From positions 20,653,543 through 20,717,542 of the forward strand of contig NC_090402.1 in NCBI RefSeq assembly GCF_036365525.1: a stretch of 64,000 bases of DNA, written 5' to 3'. Source of the stretch: Heterodontus francisci (Eukaryota). The position numbers and the translations under genes are program-made. This document shows positions 38,583 through 50,410 of the stretch, piece after piece; the first letter of the stretch is position 1; each line of letters starts with the position of its first letter. A model generated the notes under the pieces. It ran no database searches. It saw nothing but the letters and a program-made list of their open reading frames with translations, and was not told the origin of the DNA.

Positions 38583-39803
38583 AGCATAATTATGATTCAC
38601 TTTTAGAAATAACAACAATACCCATCAATAGGGTTTCTCTTAACAAATGGAAAGTTGTATGATCTATCCGCATACATTTTGCAAAATCATGCATGAGTGT
38701 AAACTGCATTCTCGTCTTACAAAAGCTTCTACTATGATACTGCTATGATATCTACACTAAGCCTTCGGTTAGAGGTAGAAAGTGAGATGAGTACTAAAAC
38801 TATATCAGATGATTGCTGAAACAATCATTTCCATCTGTTTCTGTTATTGGTGCAATTAAGTGTTGTTTTTAGTTTTAAATCAGAGTTGTTCACATTAAAA
38901 AATTGGGGACATTGAATATCACGGAGAATCCCACTGAAAAAAAAAGAACTTTAAACCAGTTATATATATGTCAACAGAAGTCATTTTATCACTCAATGAT
39001 ACCAAACCATATGTCAATGTGGTAACCCAGAGTCAAACACACCTTCTGCTCAACCAATTAATCTTTAAGTAAGGATCTTCACTGTAACTTCTTCCACCCC
39101 ATCCAAAGCTGGATCATACTTATGTAGGAATGCTATATTATGAACACTACTTTCCATTTTCAAAACACTTTCCCCAATTATTTATTTCTAAAATGCAGAT
39201 TTTACTCTCACATTTTGTATGCATTTTTCTTGGACAACATGACAACCCATAGTTCAATGAAAATGCTGGCAGAGATCCAATCCTGCTCAAGTCAAAAAAT
39301 TGTTCAACTGTCATTTTCCTGCAGTTACTTTCCACTCAGGATCATTTCTACAAATTATTCAAAATTCTATGCAAAAATTATACTTGCTCTCCCATGGACT
39401 ATTGGGAAAATATGCCAGTAAAGAATCACTCCCGGTTTGGGGTTGGGGGGGATGGTGCGGAGAGAGGAGGTGGAAATCTGATTGCATTGCTTACCCTGGA
39501 GTTAAACTGTAGGTTTGAATTTTGAGGTGAAATAATATATTTATTTTGAAGATACTTTGCATTTCAATTTTATAGAGTTTTAACTATCCAGATGCTCACA
39601 CACTTGAGAACATGCCGGGAGTTGCAGTTTGGTACAGCTTTAATGCAGGGTTGAAGTTTTTGATTAGTTGGCTGACAGCTTCAATATTATATGTTTCTGT
39701 TTTGGTATTCACAACATTTTTATTTTTCAATTTCAAAATGCTAAAGATGGAAATTCCCATTTATGGGATTGATCCATGTCGAATATTATTAATATGAATT
39801 CAC

Positions 39804-39909
39804 CATTCCTAGTCCTTGATCTTAGTCAGTCAATTATTAATATTGGTTCGATGGCCCACAAAAAGACAACAGTCAGCCAGAAATAGTTTACTCTGTGTCC
39901 TTCGACAAA
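39804..39909 (-). other. ZBTB43: Candidate ZBTB43 5'UTR exon (donor uncertain: ATG|GTGAAT ending 39804 or CAGG|GTAAGC ending 39495)
   Basis: Strong acceptor TTCTTTTGCTTTCAG| in unique, non-repeat intronic sequence; resembles my unverified recollection of the mammalian ZBTB43 non-coding exon 2. Confidence 0.5.
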
Positions 39910-39939
39910 CTGAAAGCAAAAGAATTTAAAATTAAACAC

Positions 39940-40832
39940 ATCTGCCCCTCCCCTTTTGGCTTTCAGAAGAGACTGTTTCCTCCATGACATCCTGGTCCAC
40001 GCTTTCTCACTCCCAACACCTGCTCCCCTTTCCATGCAAGTGCAGGAGTTGCAACACCTGCCCTTTTACCTCCTCCTTTCCCACTGTCCGGGACCCCAAA
40101 CACTCTTTACGGGTGAAAAGTGACTTACTTGTACTTTTTCCAACATATTATACTGTATTCGATGCTTATGATGGAGTCTCCTCGACACTGGGGAGACAAA
40201 ATGCAGATTGGGTGATCACTTTACTGAACATTATCATTCAGTTTGTTTGCCAGACCCAGCGCTTCTGACCACTTGCCACTTTAACTCTCCATCCCACTCC
40301 AGTCTGACGTCTGTTGTTGGCCCCTACACTGTTCGAATGAAGCTGAACGGCATGTCAAGGAACAGCACCTCATCTATCTAAAAAGCACTTTAACAGCCTT
40401 AACATTGCATATAATTTGGACAGCGGGTGCTGGTAAAGGGGAATGGCTGCACCAGAGTCACTGGGAGTGGAGAGTTTGAGCTGGCGCTTGTTGTAAGGAT
40501 CTGCTATCGGTACCTGGCTGATGGAATGGCTCACACTCCTGGTGTATTTATTCTGCCATATTCTTGGGCCAAAGCTACAAAATTTTGCCAAATTTTTAAT
40601 ACTTCCATACCCCTCTGTTAATCAGCTGTGACTATTTAAACCTCCTCTGCACCCATCTTTTGTTTCTCTACTTGTTCCATCATCTCCTCCTTTTGCCTTG
40701 CACTATTATCCCTTTTGCCATTTAATAACTTCTGCCCTCAAACCTATCATAGATCTTCCCCTTTGTTCCTTCCCTATGCCCCCACCCTCACCCCTCATTT
40801 TTCACTGGCTCTGCACTTGAAAGTAACAGACC
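39940..40832 (+). mobile_element. Degenerate Penelope-like element; its 3' repeat resumes at 45043-45120 after the LINE insertion
   Basis: CNTCPFTSS...YCIRC...GETKCRLGDHFTEH GIY-YIG region; terminal repeat split as ...GAAAGTAACAGACC | TGAAACATTAACTCTGTTTCTCTCTC. Confidence 0.75.
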
Positions 40833-43800
40833 TTTTTTTATATATTCGTTCAGGGGATGTGGGTGTCGCTGGCTAGACCAGCATTTATTGCCCATCCCTA
40901 ATTGCCCTCGAGAAGGTGGTAGTGAGCTTCCTTCTTGAACCGCTGCAGTCCTTGGGGTGTTGGTACACCAACTGTGCTGTTAGGAAGGGAGTTCCAGGAT
41001 TTTGACCCAGCGACAGTGAAGGAACAGTGATATAGTTCCAAGTCAGGAATGATGTGTGGCTTGGAGGGGAATTTGTAGGTGATGTTCCCATGCATCTGCT
41101 GCCCTTGTTCGTCTAGGTAGTAGAGGTCACCAGTTTGGAAGGTACTGTCAAACGAGCCTTGGTGAGTTGCTGCAGTGCATCTTATTGATGGTACACATTG
41201 CTGCCACTGTGCGTCAGTGGTGAAGGGAGTGAATGTTGAAGGTGGTGCTTGGGGTGACAATCGAGCAGCTGCTTTGTCTTCAATGGTGTTCAGCTTCCTG
41301 TGTTGTTGGAGCTGCACCCATCCAGGCAAGTGGAGAGTATTACATCACACTCCTGACTTGTGCCTTGCAGATGGTGGACAAGCTTTGGGGAGTCAGGGGG
41401 CGAGTTACTCGCTGCAGAATTCCCAGGCTCTGACCTGCTCTTGAAGCTACAGCATTTATGTGGCTACTCCAGTTCAGTTTCTGGTCAATGGTAACCCCAG
41501 AATGTTGATAGTGGGGGATTCAGCGATGGTAATGCCATTGAACGTCAAGGGAAGATGGTTAGATTCTCTCTTGTTTGAGATGCTCATTGCCTAGCACTTG
41601 TGAGGCGCAAATGTTACTTGCCACTTATCAGCCCAAGCCTGGATATTGTCCAGGTCTTGCTGCATCTGGACACAGGCTGCTTCAGTATCTGAGGAGTTGC
41701 GAATGGTACTGAACACTGTGCAATCATCAGCAAGTGTCCCCACTTCTCATTTTATGATGGAGGGTAGGTCATTGATGAAACAGCTGAAGATGGTTGGGCC
41801 TAGGACACTACCCTGAGGATCTCCTGCAGTGATGTCCTGGTACTGAGATGATTGACCTTCAACAACTACAACCATCTTCCTTTGTGCTAGGCATGACTCC
41901 AACCAGCAGAGAGATTTCCCCCTAATTCCCATTGACTCCATTTTTTCTAGGGCTCTTTGATGCCATACTTGGTCAAATGCTGCCTTGGTGTCAAGGTCAG
42001 TCACTCTCACCTTACCTCTGGAGTTCAGCTCTTTTGTCCATATTTGGACCACGGCCGAAATCAGGTCAGGAGCTAAATGTTCCTGGTGGAACCCAAACTG
42101 AGCATCAGTGAGTAGGTTATTGCTAAGCAAGTGCCACTTGATAGCACTGTTGACGACCTCTTCCATCACTTTGCTGATGATCGGGTGTAGACTGATAGGG
42201 CAGTAAGCGGCCGGGTTGGATTTGTCCTGCTTTTTGTGCACAGGACATACCTGGGCAATTTTCCACATATATGGGTAGATGCCAGTATTGTAGCTGTACC
42301 AGAACAGCTTGGCTAGGGGCGAGGCTAGTTCTGGAGCACGTCTTCAGTGCTATTGCCAGAATGTTGTCGGGGCCCATAGCCTTTGCAGTATCCAATGCCT
42401 TCAGCCATTTCTTGATATCACATGGAGTGAATTGGATTGGCTGAAGACTGGCATCTGTGATGCTGGGGACCTCAGGAGGAGGCCGAGATAGACCATCCAC
42501 TCATCATTTCTGGCTGAAGATGGATGCAAATGTTTCAGTCTTGTCTTTTGCACTGATGTGCTGGACTTCCCCATTGTTGAGGATGAGGATGTTTGTGGAA
42601 CCTCCTCCTCCTCCTGTCAGTTGTTTAATTGCCCACCACTATTCACTACTGGATGTGGCAGGAATGCAGAGCTTAGATCTGATCTGTTGGTTGTGTGATC
42701 GCTTCGCCCTATCACATGCGGCTTTCGTTGTTTGTCAAGCAAGTAGTCCTGTGTTGTAGCTTCATCAGGCTGACGCCTCATTTTGAGGTATGCCTGGTGC
42801 TGCTCCTGGCTCCTGCTCGCCTGCACTCTTCATTGAACCAGGGTTGGGCCCCCCGACTTGATGGTAATGGTAGAGTGGGGGATATGCCAGGCCATAAGGT
42901 TACGGATTGTGGTTGAAAACAGCTTTGCTGCTGCTGACAGCCCACAGCGCCTCATGGATGCCAGTTTTGAGTTGCTAGATCTGTTCAAAATCGCTCCCAT
43001 TTAGCTCTGTAGTAGTGCCACACAACACGATGGTGGGTATCTCAGTGTGAAGATGGGACTTCGTCTCCACAAGGACTGTGCAGTGGTCACTCCTACCAAT
43101 ACTGTCATGGACAGATGCATCTGCAACAGGTAAATTGGTGCTGTACCACCTATCCTTCGTGGGAAAGTTTCTGCGGGAAAACACCTTTGACCACCAATTC
43201 ATCAGGCAGTGGTCTGTATGGAATGTCCTCAAAGCTCTAGGGGAAAAGGAGATGGTGGATCCAGTCGGATGGTTCCCCGAGCAGACTGCCAAAGAATGCC
43301 TCATCACCAGAACTTTCAAACAAGCACCAAGACGTTGCTTGGTTGGTGGTGAAAAGGGCCCTCCCAGTCAGATCCTTCCTGCACGCCCGGAATCTCGCCC
43401 TCTCCACGCACTGCCCTCGAGGTGGTTGCGGTGGGGAAGAGACAGTTGCCCATCTCCTTCTGGAATGTGTCTTTGCAAAGCAGGTGTGGAAAGAGATGCG
43501 GTGGTTTTTGTCGAGGTTCATCCCAACCAGCTCTGTAACACAGGAGTCTGTGCTCTATGGGCTGTTCCCAGGGACGCACACTGAGATAAACATCAACTGC
43601 TGCTGGAGGGCTATCAATTCGGTGAAAGACGCTCTTTGGTCTGCCCAAAACTTGCTGGTCTTCCAGCGCAAAGAGTTGCCCATGACTGAGTGTTGCACAC
43701 TGGCACGTTCCAAGGTCCAGGACTACATGCTGAGGGACACACTAAAGCTGGGGGCAGCTGCTTCAAAGGCTGAATGGGGAAAAACCTCTGTGTAAGGTCC

Positions 43801-45042
43801 CCCCACCAGTGAACTGAGGGGCTGGACCCATGGGAAACCCCTTGGGCTGTATACACCAAATATGGGTTTGCTGTAAAATGTACATGGCATGTAAAATGGA
43901 ATGGAAGGGTTGTGAGGCAACTCACTCCTGTATCGAAGAAAACTGATTTCCTTTGCACTTTTGGAATGTCAACTTGGTGCTGTTTTGAACTGTTTTGTAA
44001 TGCATTTTTACAGATTTTTATGAATAAAGTATATTTTTGGGAAAAAAAAAGTAAATTGGTGTGGACGAGGCCAAGTAGGTTTTTCCCTGTTGTTGGTTCT
44101 GTCACCATGCCACAGACCCAGTCTAGCAGCTATGTCCTTTAGGACTTAGCCAGCTCAGTCAGTCGTGGTTCTACTGAGCCACTCTTGGTGATGGACACTG
44201 AAGTCCCCCATCCAGAGTACGTTTTGTGCCCTTGCTACCCTCAGTGCTTCTTCCAATTGGTGTTCAACATGGAGAAGTACTGATTCATCAGCCGAAGGGG
44301 GGTGGGGGGGACAGTAGGTAGTATTCAGCAGCAGGTTTCCTTGCCCATGTTTGACCTGCTGCCATGAGACTTCATGGGGTCCGGAGTCAATATTGAGGAC
44401 TCCCAGAGCAACTCCATTCTGACTGTAGACCACTGTGCCGCCACCTCTGGTGGGTCCGTCCTGCCGGTGAGTCAGGACATATCCAGGGATGGTGATGGTG
44501 GTGTCTGGGACATTGTCTGCAAGGTATGATTCCGTGAGTATGACTATGTCAGGTTGTTGCTAGACCAATTTTGGCACAAGTTGTTAGTAAGTAGGACATC
44601 GCAGGGAAAACAGGGCTGGGTTTGCCATTGTCGTTTCCAGTGCCTAGGTCAATGCCAGGTGGTTCATCCGGTTCATTCCTTTTCTTGGACGTTGTAGTAG
44701 TTTGATACAACTGAGTGGCTTCCTAGGCCATTTCAGAGGACATTTTAAGAGTCAACTACATTGCTGTGGGTCTGGAGTCACATGTAGGCGAGACCAGGTA
44801 AGGACGGCAGATTTCCTTCCCTAAAGGACACGAGTGAACCAGATGGTTTTTATAACAGTCGACAATGGTTTTATGATCACCTCTAGACTAGCTTTTTTTT
44901 TTTGAATTCCAGATTTATTAAGTGAATTTAAATTCCACCATCTGCCGTGGTGTGATTCGGACCCATGTCCCCAGAGCATTAGCCTGGGGCTCTGGGTTAC
45001 TAGTCTAGTCTAATGACATTAACACTACGCCACCGCCTCCCC
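40833..45042 (-). mobile_element. Apparently full-length, decayed CR1/L2-group LINE with a tRNA-like 5' head and a single EN-RT frame (~3.3 kb excluding the Tx1 insert)
   Basis: Head ~44700-45042; APE motifs QPDIVILTESYL, RQDGPTRGGGTVVY, MGDFSVHH, SDHCTV; RT motifs YCPISL, QFGF, DTKAAFD, PQGSVLGP; polyA end at 40833. Confidence 0.9.
43141..44050 (+). mobile_element. Tx1/L1-clade LINE 3' fragment nested in the LINE
   Basis: C-terminal CCHC CPRGGCGGEETVAHLLLEC; AATAAA plus polyA; 11-bp TSD GTAAATTGGTG (43130-43140, 44051-44061). Confidence 0.9.
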
Positions 45043-46679
45043 TGAAACATTAACTCTGTTTCTCTCTCGAATATGCCGCCTAACTTGCTGAGTGTTTCCA
45101 GCATTTTCTGTGTTTTAATTTAAAATGAACATTTGTCATTCATCTAGCTGCCATTAATTTCATCATCAGACATTAACTGACCCAAAGAAGAATCACTCAT
45201 ATCAGATAATTGCTCACTAGTAATCAATGCTTTAACACTCATGAATGGTCTCTGACCTAACTGAAATTTCAGCAGCTCCTAGTTTTGCGTCATTTGGACA
45301 GCTCAGTCAAGTGTCAGTTCTGGTTCAATTTTCTATGACTGTGATAGATCTTTATCAGCAATCCCATTTAGAATTCAGTTCTAAATGTGTTCATTTTTGT
45401 GTCATTCAAATTCACAGCACTTAACAAGCTCTTGAAATTTCAAAAAATTATGTTTTTCGAAAAAGTTAGTGGAAGAGTACCTTTTTGTAACTCAATCAAT
45501 CTAAAATTCTCCATATCGGAGAATGCTCTAAGTACTCAGTTGCACTTAAGAGTAGAAGAAAAATCCAATTGTCTGACAAGCAATCAATATCTAATGACTA
45601 GCTGCTATCGCTGCCAGGATCTTTTCCATTTCATTAATACTAGGCAGACCAGTGTTCCTCTGAACTTTCCTCTTGTACCTTTTAAGCTCCAAATAAGCTG
45701 TCCTTTCTGCTCACCCTTGGTCCTAAATGCTCATCCTCTACCCTACATCTGCACTGTATTTAATTCAAACTCATTCTTTTCCAGGAACTCAAACTAGAGT
45801 TACCTTTATTAGTGCCTAAACTATGAGCTTTGTCTGTCCATCTTGGTCTCTGAATGATAACAAACCCTTTCCAATAGCTCTAACATAAATGATATAATCT
45901 TCTGATTGTACATCGCCTTTTGTCATTTTAATTTGACCAATTTCCCCATGTCCACCAAAAGACAATCCTTGTGAATTACTATTCCCTACAGATATGGATT
46001 AGAGCACTGTAAACTGCTACATGTCAAAAGTGATAATAATAATGCAAAATAATGTTTCACTGTTGAAAAGAGAAGTGTACTGTCGCATTTAATGGCAAAT
46101 CAATCCAAATAACTTTGTGCTTGAGATGGCACATGGTATCATGGCAAGTTATTCTGTGAAGCTGAGTAATAGTTTTGGTAAAGGAAACTGCATGTAACTC
46201 ATCAAATGTTAAAAATAAATACACAGCCAGCATTGGGCTCTCTATGTTCATCAAGCTGTACTTTGAGTTTTACATTGTGATGAACAGTGAGTACAGTACA
46301 TTTCTACCCTAGTGTATTACAGAAGATTCTAAATACACCTCGATGCCTCATTAGGTACTACACCATCTCCAATCATTCCAGGGCAAGGAGTCAAAGCTCT
46401 GGAAAAATTCTACACAAATGCACTGGAACTCTTTTACATCAGCTCAGAACTGAATGCACAAATGGCTCAACACTATTGGATTTTCAACATTAAAACTGGA
46501 CAATTTCAGCAAACCATATATTACATAGTTAATTTTTCTGAAATTAGCATCCAAGCAATTTGCTTTGATACATAATGGGCAAGAATCTACCAAGTTAAAA
46601 CTGGAGTACAATTCATTGTTCATCATATGAAGACTGTATTGTCTGCTGATCGCAACTATGATCAAATGTTTCCTTACAT

Positions 46680-47541
46680 TGTTACAAGCGAGGCAGGAGG
46701 AGTGCGCAATTTATCCTAGTTCCACTTCTCCACAGGTCACAACATATACTTAAAGTTTTTCCCACTTACCAATACAGTCAATCATAGATTCTATTTTTAT
46801 CCCTGAATAAAACGCACCAATCAGGTTTCTTAAACTAATAATTTTGTTGTTTATTAATTATAAAACAAATCTTAACCAGTAATGAAACAAAGCATAAATA
46901 CACAGATTGAAATATAAAAGGTCCCTTTTTAACCTTAGCCCCTCACACACAGGTTAACTGAAAAAATAAAGAGATTTACTCTTTAGAGATCTAGTACAAA
47001 AAAATGGCCAAAATATTTGCTAATTCTTGAAGAAAAAAAAAATGAAAAGATGTTAGAAGTCCTTTTTGGTTTGGCGTCCCAAATACGTATGGATGACTAT
47101 CACTCGGATCTTCCTAGAACAGTTCTTGTCAGGCAACGTTGAAGATCAGTTTGAGCAGGTTCTCCACAGAAATTGCAATAACAGGGATTTCAAGTAGTTT
47201 CTTACTCTTGCTTCTCAGCTTCTCAAGAGATGGAACACTAGCAGGCTTTTCCAAAGAGATGGAACAGACTGAGCTGGTGTTTTTCTCCCTTGGCAAGTTT
47301 TCTCCAAGTCAAGCCTCCTGACCCCCATAAATCATGACCTGTCACTTCTCTGTAAACATCTTCCTCAAGTCAAAAACAATCCCTGCTTGGTAATTATTTG
47401 AAGACAGGTGCCTTCCAGTAACTGTTTACAGTTCAGACCTCTCAGTGACCCCTGTAAAAAAAAAAAAATCCATGGACTCCTTTTCAGTTTTAAAACACAA
47501 ATCTTCAAAATTTAACAAAAAAAATGGAAGCACTCATAACA
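46680..47541 (-). mobile_element. Solo LTR, Gypsy (Gmr1-like)
   Basis: TGTTA...TAACA termini; homologous to 60086-61000 (shared GGAGGAGTGC, AATAAAA..CACCAA..AGGTTTCTTA, TGTCACTTCTCTGTAAACATCT). Confidence 0.8.
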
Positions 47542-47664
47542 ATGTCAACAATATGGAGGCAAAATAGTGAGGTAACCCTGACACTTTATAAATCATTGGT
47601 GCAACTACATTGAGGGTACTGTGTGCAGTTCTAGTTCCCATAGTACAGAAATATACATAAGAGA

Positions 47665-50410
47665 ATGTTCCAGGCTTTAGAAGCTTCAGGCGGGATAGAG
47701 GGGGATGTAAAAGGGGTGGTGGAGTTGCATTACTGGTTAAGGAGAATATCACAGCTGTACTGCGGGAGGACACCTCAGAGAGGTCATGCAGCGAGGCAAT
47801 ATGGGTGGAGCTCAGGAATAGGAAGGGTGCAGTCACGATGTTGGGGGTTTACTACAGGCCTCCCAACAGCCAGTGGGAGGTAGAGGATCAGATATGTAGA
47901 CAGATTTTGGAAAGATGTAAAGGTAACAGGGTTGCAGTGGTGGGTGATTTTAACTTCCCCAATATTGACTGGGACTCACTTAGTGCTAGGGGCTTGGATG
48001 GGGCAGAATTTGTGAGGAGCATCCAGGAGGGCTTCTTGAAACAGTATGCAGATAGTCCAACTAGGGATGGGGCCATTCTGGACCTGGTATTGGGGAATGA
48101 GCCCGGCCAGGTGGTCGAAGTTTCAGTGGGGGAGCATTTCGGGAGCAGTGACCATAATTCCATAAGTTTTAAGGTACTTGTGGATAAGGATAAGAGTAGT
48201 CCTCGGGTGAAGGTGCTAAATTGGGGGAAGGCTAATTATAACAATATTAGGCAGGAACTGAAGAATTTAGATTGGGGGCGGCTGTTTGAGGGTAAATCAA
48301 CATCTGACATGTGGGAGTCTTTCAAACGTCAGCTGATTAGAATCCAGGACCAGCATGTCCCTGTGAGGAAGAAAGACAAGTTTGGCAAGTTTCGGGAAGC
48401 TTGGATAACACGGGATATTGTGAGCCTAGTCAAAACGAAAAAGGAAGCATTTGTAAGGGCTGGAAGGCTAGGAACAGATGAAGCACTTGAGGAATATAAA
48501 GACAGTAGGAAGGAACTTAAGCAAGGAGTTAGGAGGGCTAAAAGGGGTCATGAAAAGTCATTGGCAAACAGGATTAAGGAAAATCCCAAGGCTTTTTATA
48601 CATATATAAAGAGCAAGAGGGTAACCAGGGAAAGGGTTGGTCCACTCAAGGACAGAGATGGGAATCTGCGTGGAGCCAGAGGAAATGGGTGAGGTGCTAA
48701 ATGAGTACTTTGCATCAGTATTCAGCAAGGAGAAGGACAGTGGATGATGAGCCTAGGGAAGGGAGTGCAGATAGTCTCAGTCATCTCATTATCAAAAAGG
48801 AGGAGATGTTGGGTGTCTTGCAAAGCATTAAGGTAGGTAAGTCCCCAGGGCCTGATGGGATCTACCCTAGAATACTGAGGGAGGCAAGGGAAGAAATTGC
48901 TGGGGCCTTGACAGAAATCTTTGCATCCTCATTGGCTACAGGTGAGGTCCCAGAGGACTGGAGAATAGCCAATGTTGTTCCTTTGTTTAAGAAGGATGGT
49001 AAGGATAATCCAGGAAATTATAGGCCGGTGAGCCTTATGTCAGTGGTAGGGAAACTATTAGAGAGGATTCTTCGGGACAGGATTTACTCCCATTTGGAAA
49101 CAAACGAACTTATTAGCGAGAGACAGCATGGTTTTGTGAAGGGGAAGTTGTGTCTTACTAATTTGATTGAGTTTTTTGAGGAAATGACAAAGATGATTGA
49201 TGAGGGAAGAGCGGTGGATGTTGTCTATATGGACTTTAGTAAAGCCTTTGACAAGGTCCCGCATGACAGAGTGGTGCAAAAGGTGCACACGGGACCAGAG
49301 GTGAGCTGGCAAGATGGATACAGAACTGGCTCAGTCACAGAAGACAGAGGGTAACAGTGGATGGGTGTTTTTCTGAATGGAGGGATGTGACTAGTGGTGT
49401 TCCGCAGGGATCAGTGCTGTGACCTTTGCCGTTTGTAGTATATATAAATGATTTGGAGGAAAATGTAGCTGGTCTGATTAGTAAGTTTGCGGACGACACA
49501 AAGGTTGGTGGAGTTGCGGATAATGATGAGGATTGTCAGAGGATACAGCAGGATATAGATCGGTTGGAGACTTGGGCGGAGAAATGGCAGATGGAGTTTA
49601 ATCCAGACAAATGTGAGGTAATGCATTTTGGAAGGTCTAATGCAGGTGGGAGGTATACAGTAAATGGCAGAACCGTTAGGAGTATTGACAGGCAGAGAGA
49701 TCTGGGCGTACAGGTCCACAGGTCACTGAAAGTGGCAACGCAGGTGGATAAGGTAGTCAAGAAGGCATACGGCATGCTTGCCTTCATTGGTCGGGGCATA
49801 GAGTATAAAAATTGGCAAGTCATGTTGCAGCTGTACAGAACCTTAGTTAGGCCACACTTAGAATATTGCGTGCAATTCTGGTCGCCACACTACCAGAAGG
49901 ACGTGGAGGCTTTGGAGAGGGTACAGAGGAGGTTTACCAGGATGTTGCCTGGCCTGGAGGGCATTAGCTATGAGGAGAAGTTGGAAAAACTCGGATTGTT
50001 TTCACTGGAATGACGGAGGTGGAGGGGCGACATGATAGAGGTTTACAAAGTTATGAGCGACATGGACAGAGTGGATAGTCAGAAGCTTTTTCCCAGAGTG
50101 GAAGAGTCAGTTACTAGGGGACATAGGTTTAAGGTGCGAGGGGCAAAAGTTTAGAGGGGATGTGCGAGGCAAGTTTTTTTTACACAGAGGGTGGTGAGTG
50201 CCTGGAACTTGCTGCCAGGAGAGGTGGTGGAAGCAGATACGATAGCGACATTTAAGAGACATCTTGACAAATATATGAATAGGAAGGGAATAGAGGGATA
50301 TGGGCCCCGGAAGTGCAGAAGGTGTTAGTTTCGGCAGGCATCAAGATCGGCGCAGGCTTGGAGGGCCGAATGGCCTGTTCCTGTGCTGTACTGTTCTTTG
50401 TTGTTCTTTG
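47665..50410 (+). mobile_element. Young 5'-truncated CR1 (HER1-like) LINE ORF2, EN and RT, with frameshifts and stops; inserted in an older CR1
   Basis: GVYYRPP, VGDFNFP, SDHNSI, GNYRPVSL, QHGF, YMDFSKAFDKV, KFADDTK; tail GGGCCGAATGGCCTGTTCCTGTGCTGTACTGTTCT. Confidence 0.95.

Noticed and set aside
47805-50013. Long ORFs of 295, 217 and 195 aa as possible host genes
   Set aside because: They are consecutive frameshifted pieces of CR1 ORF2.
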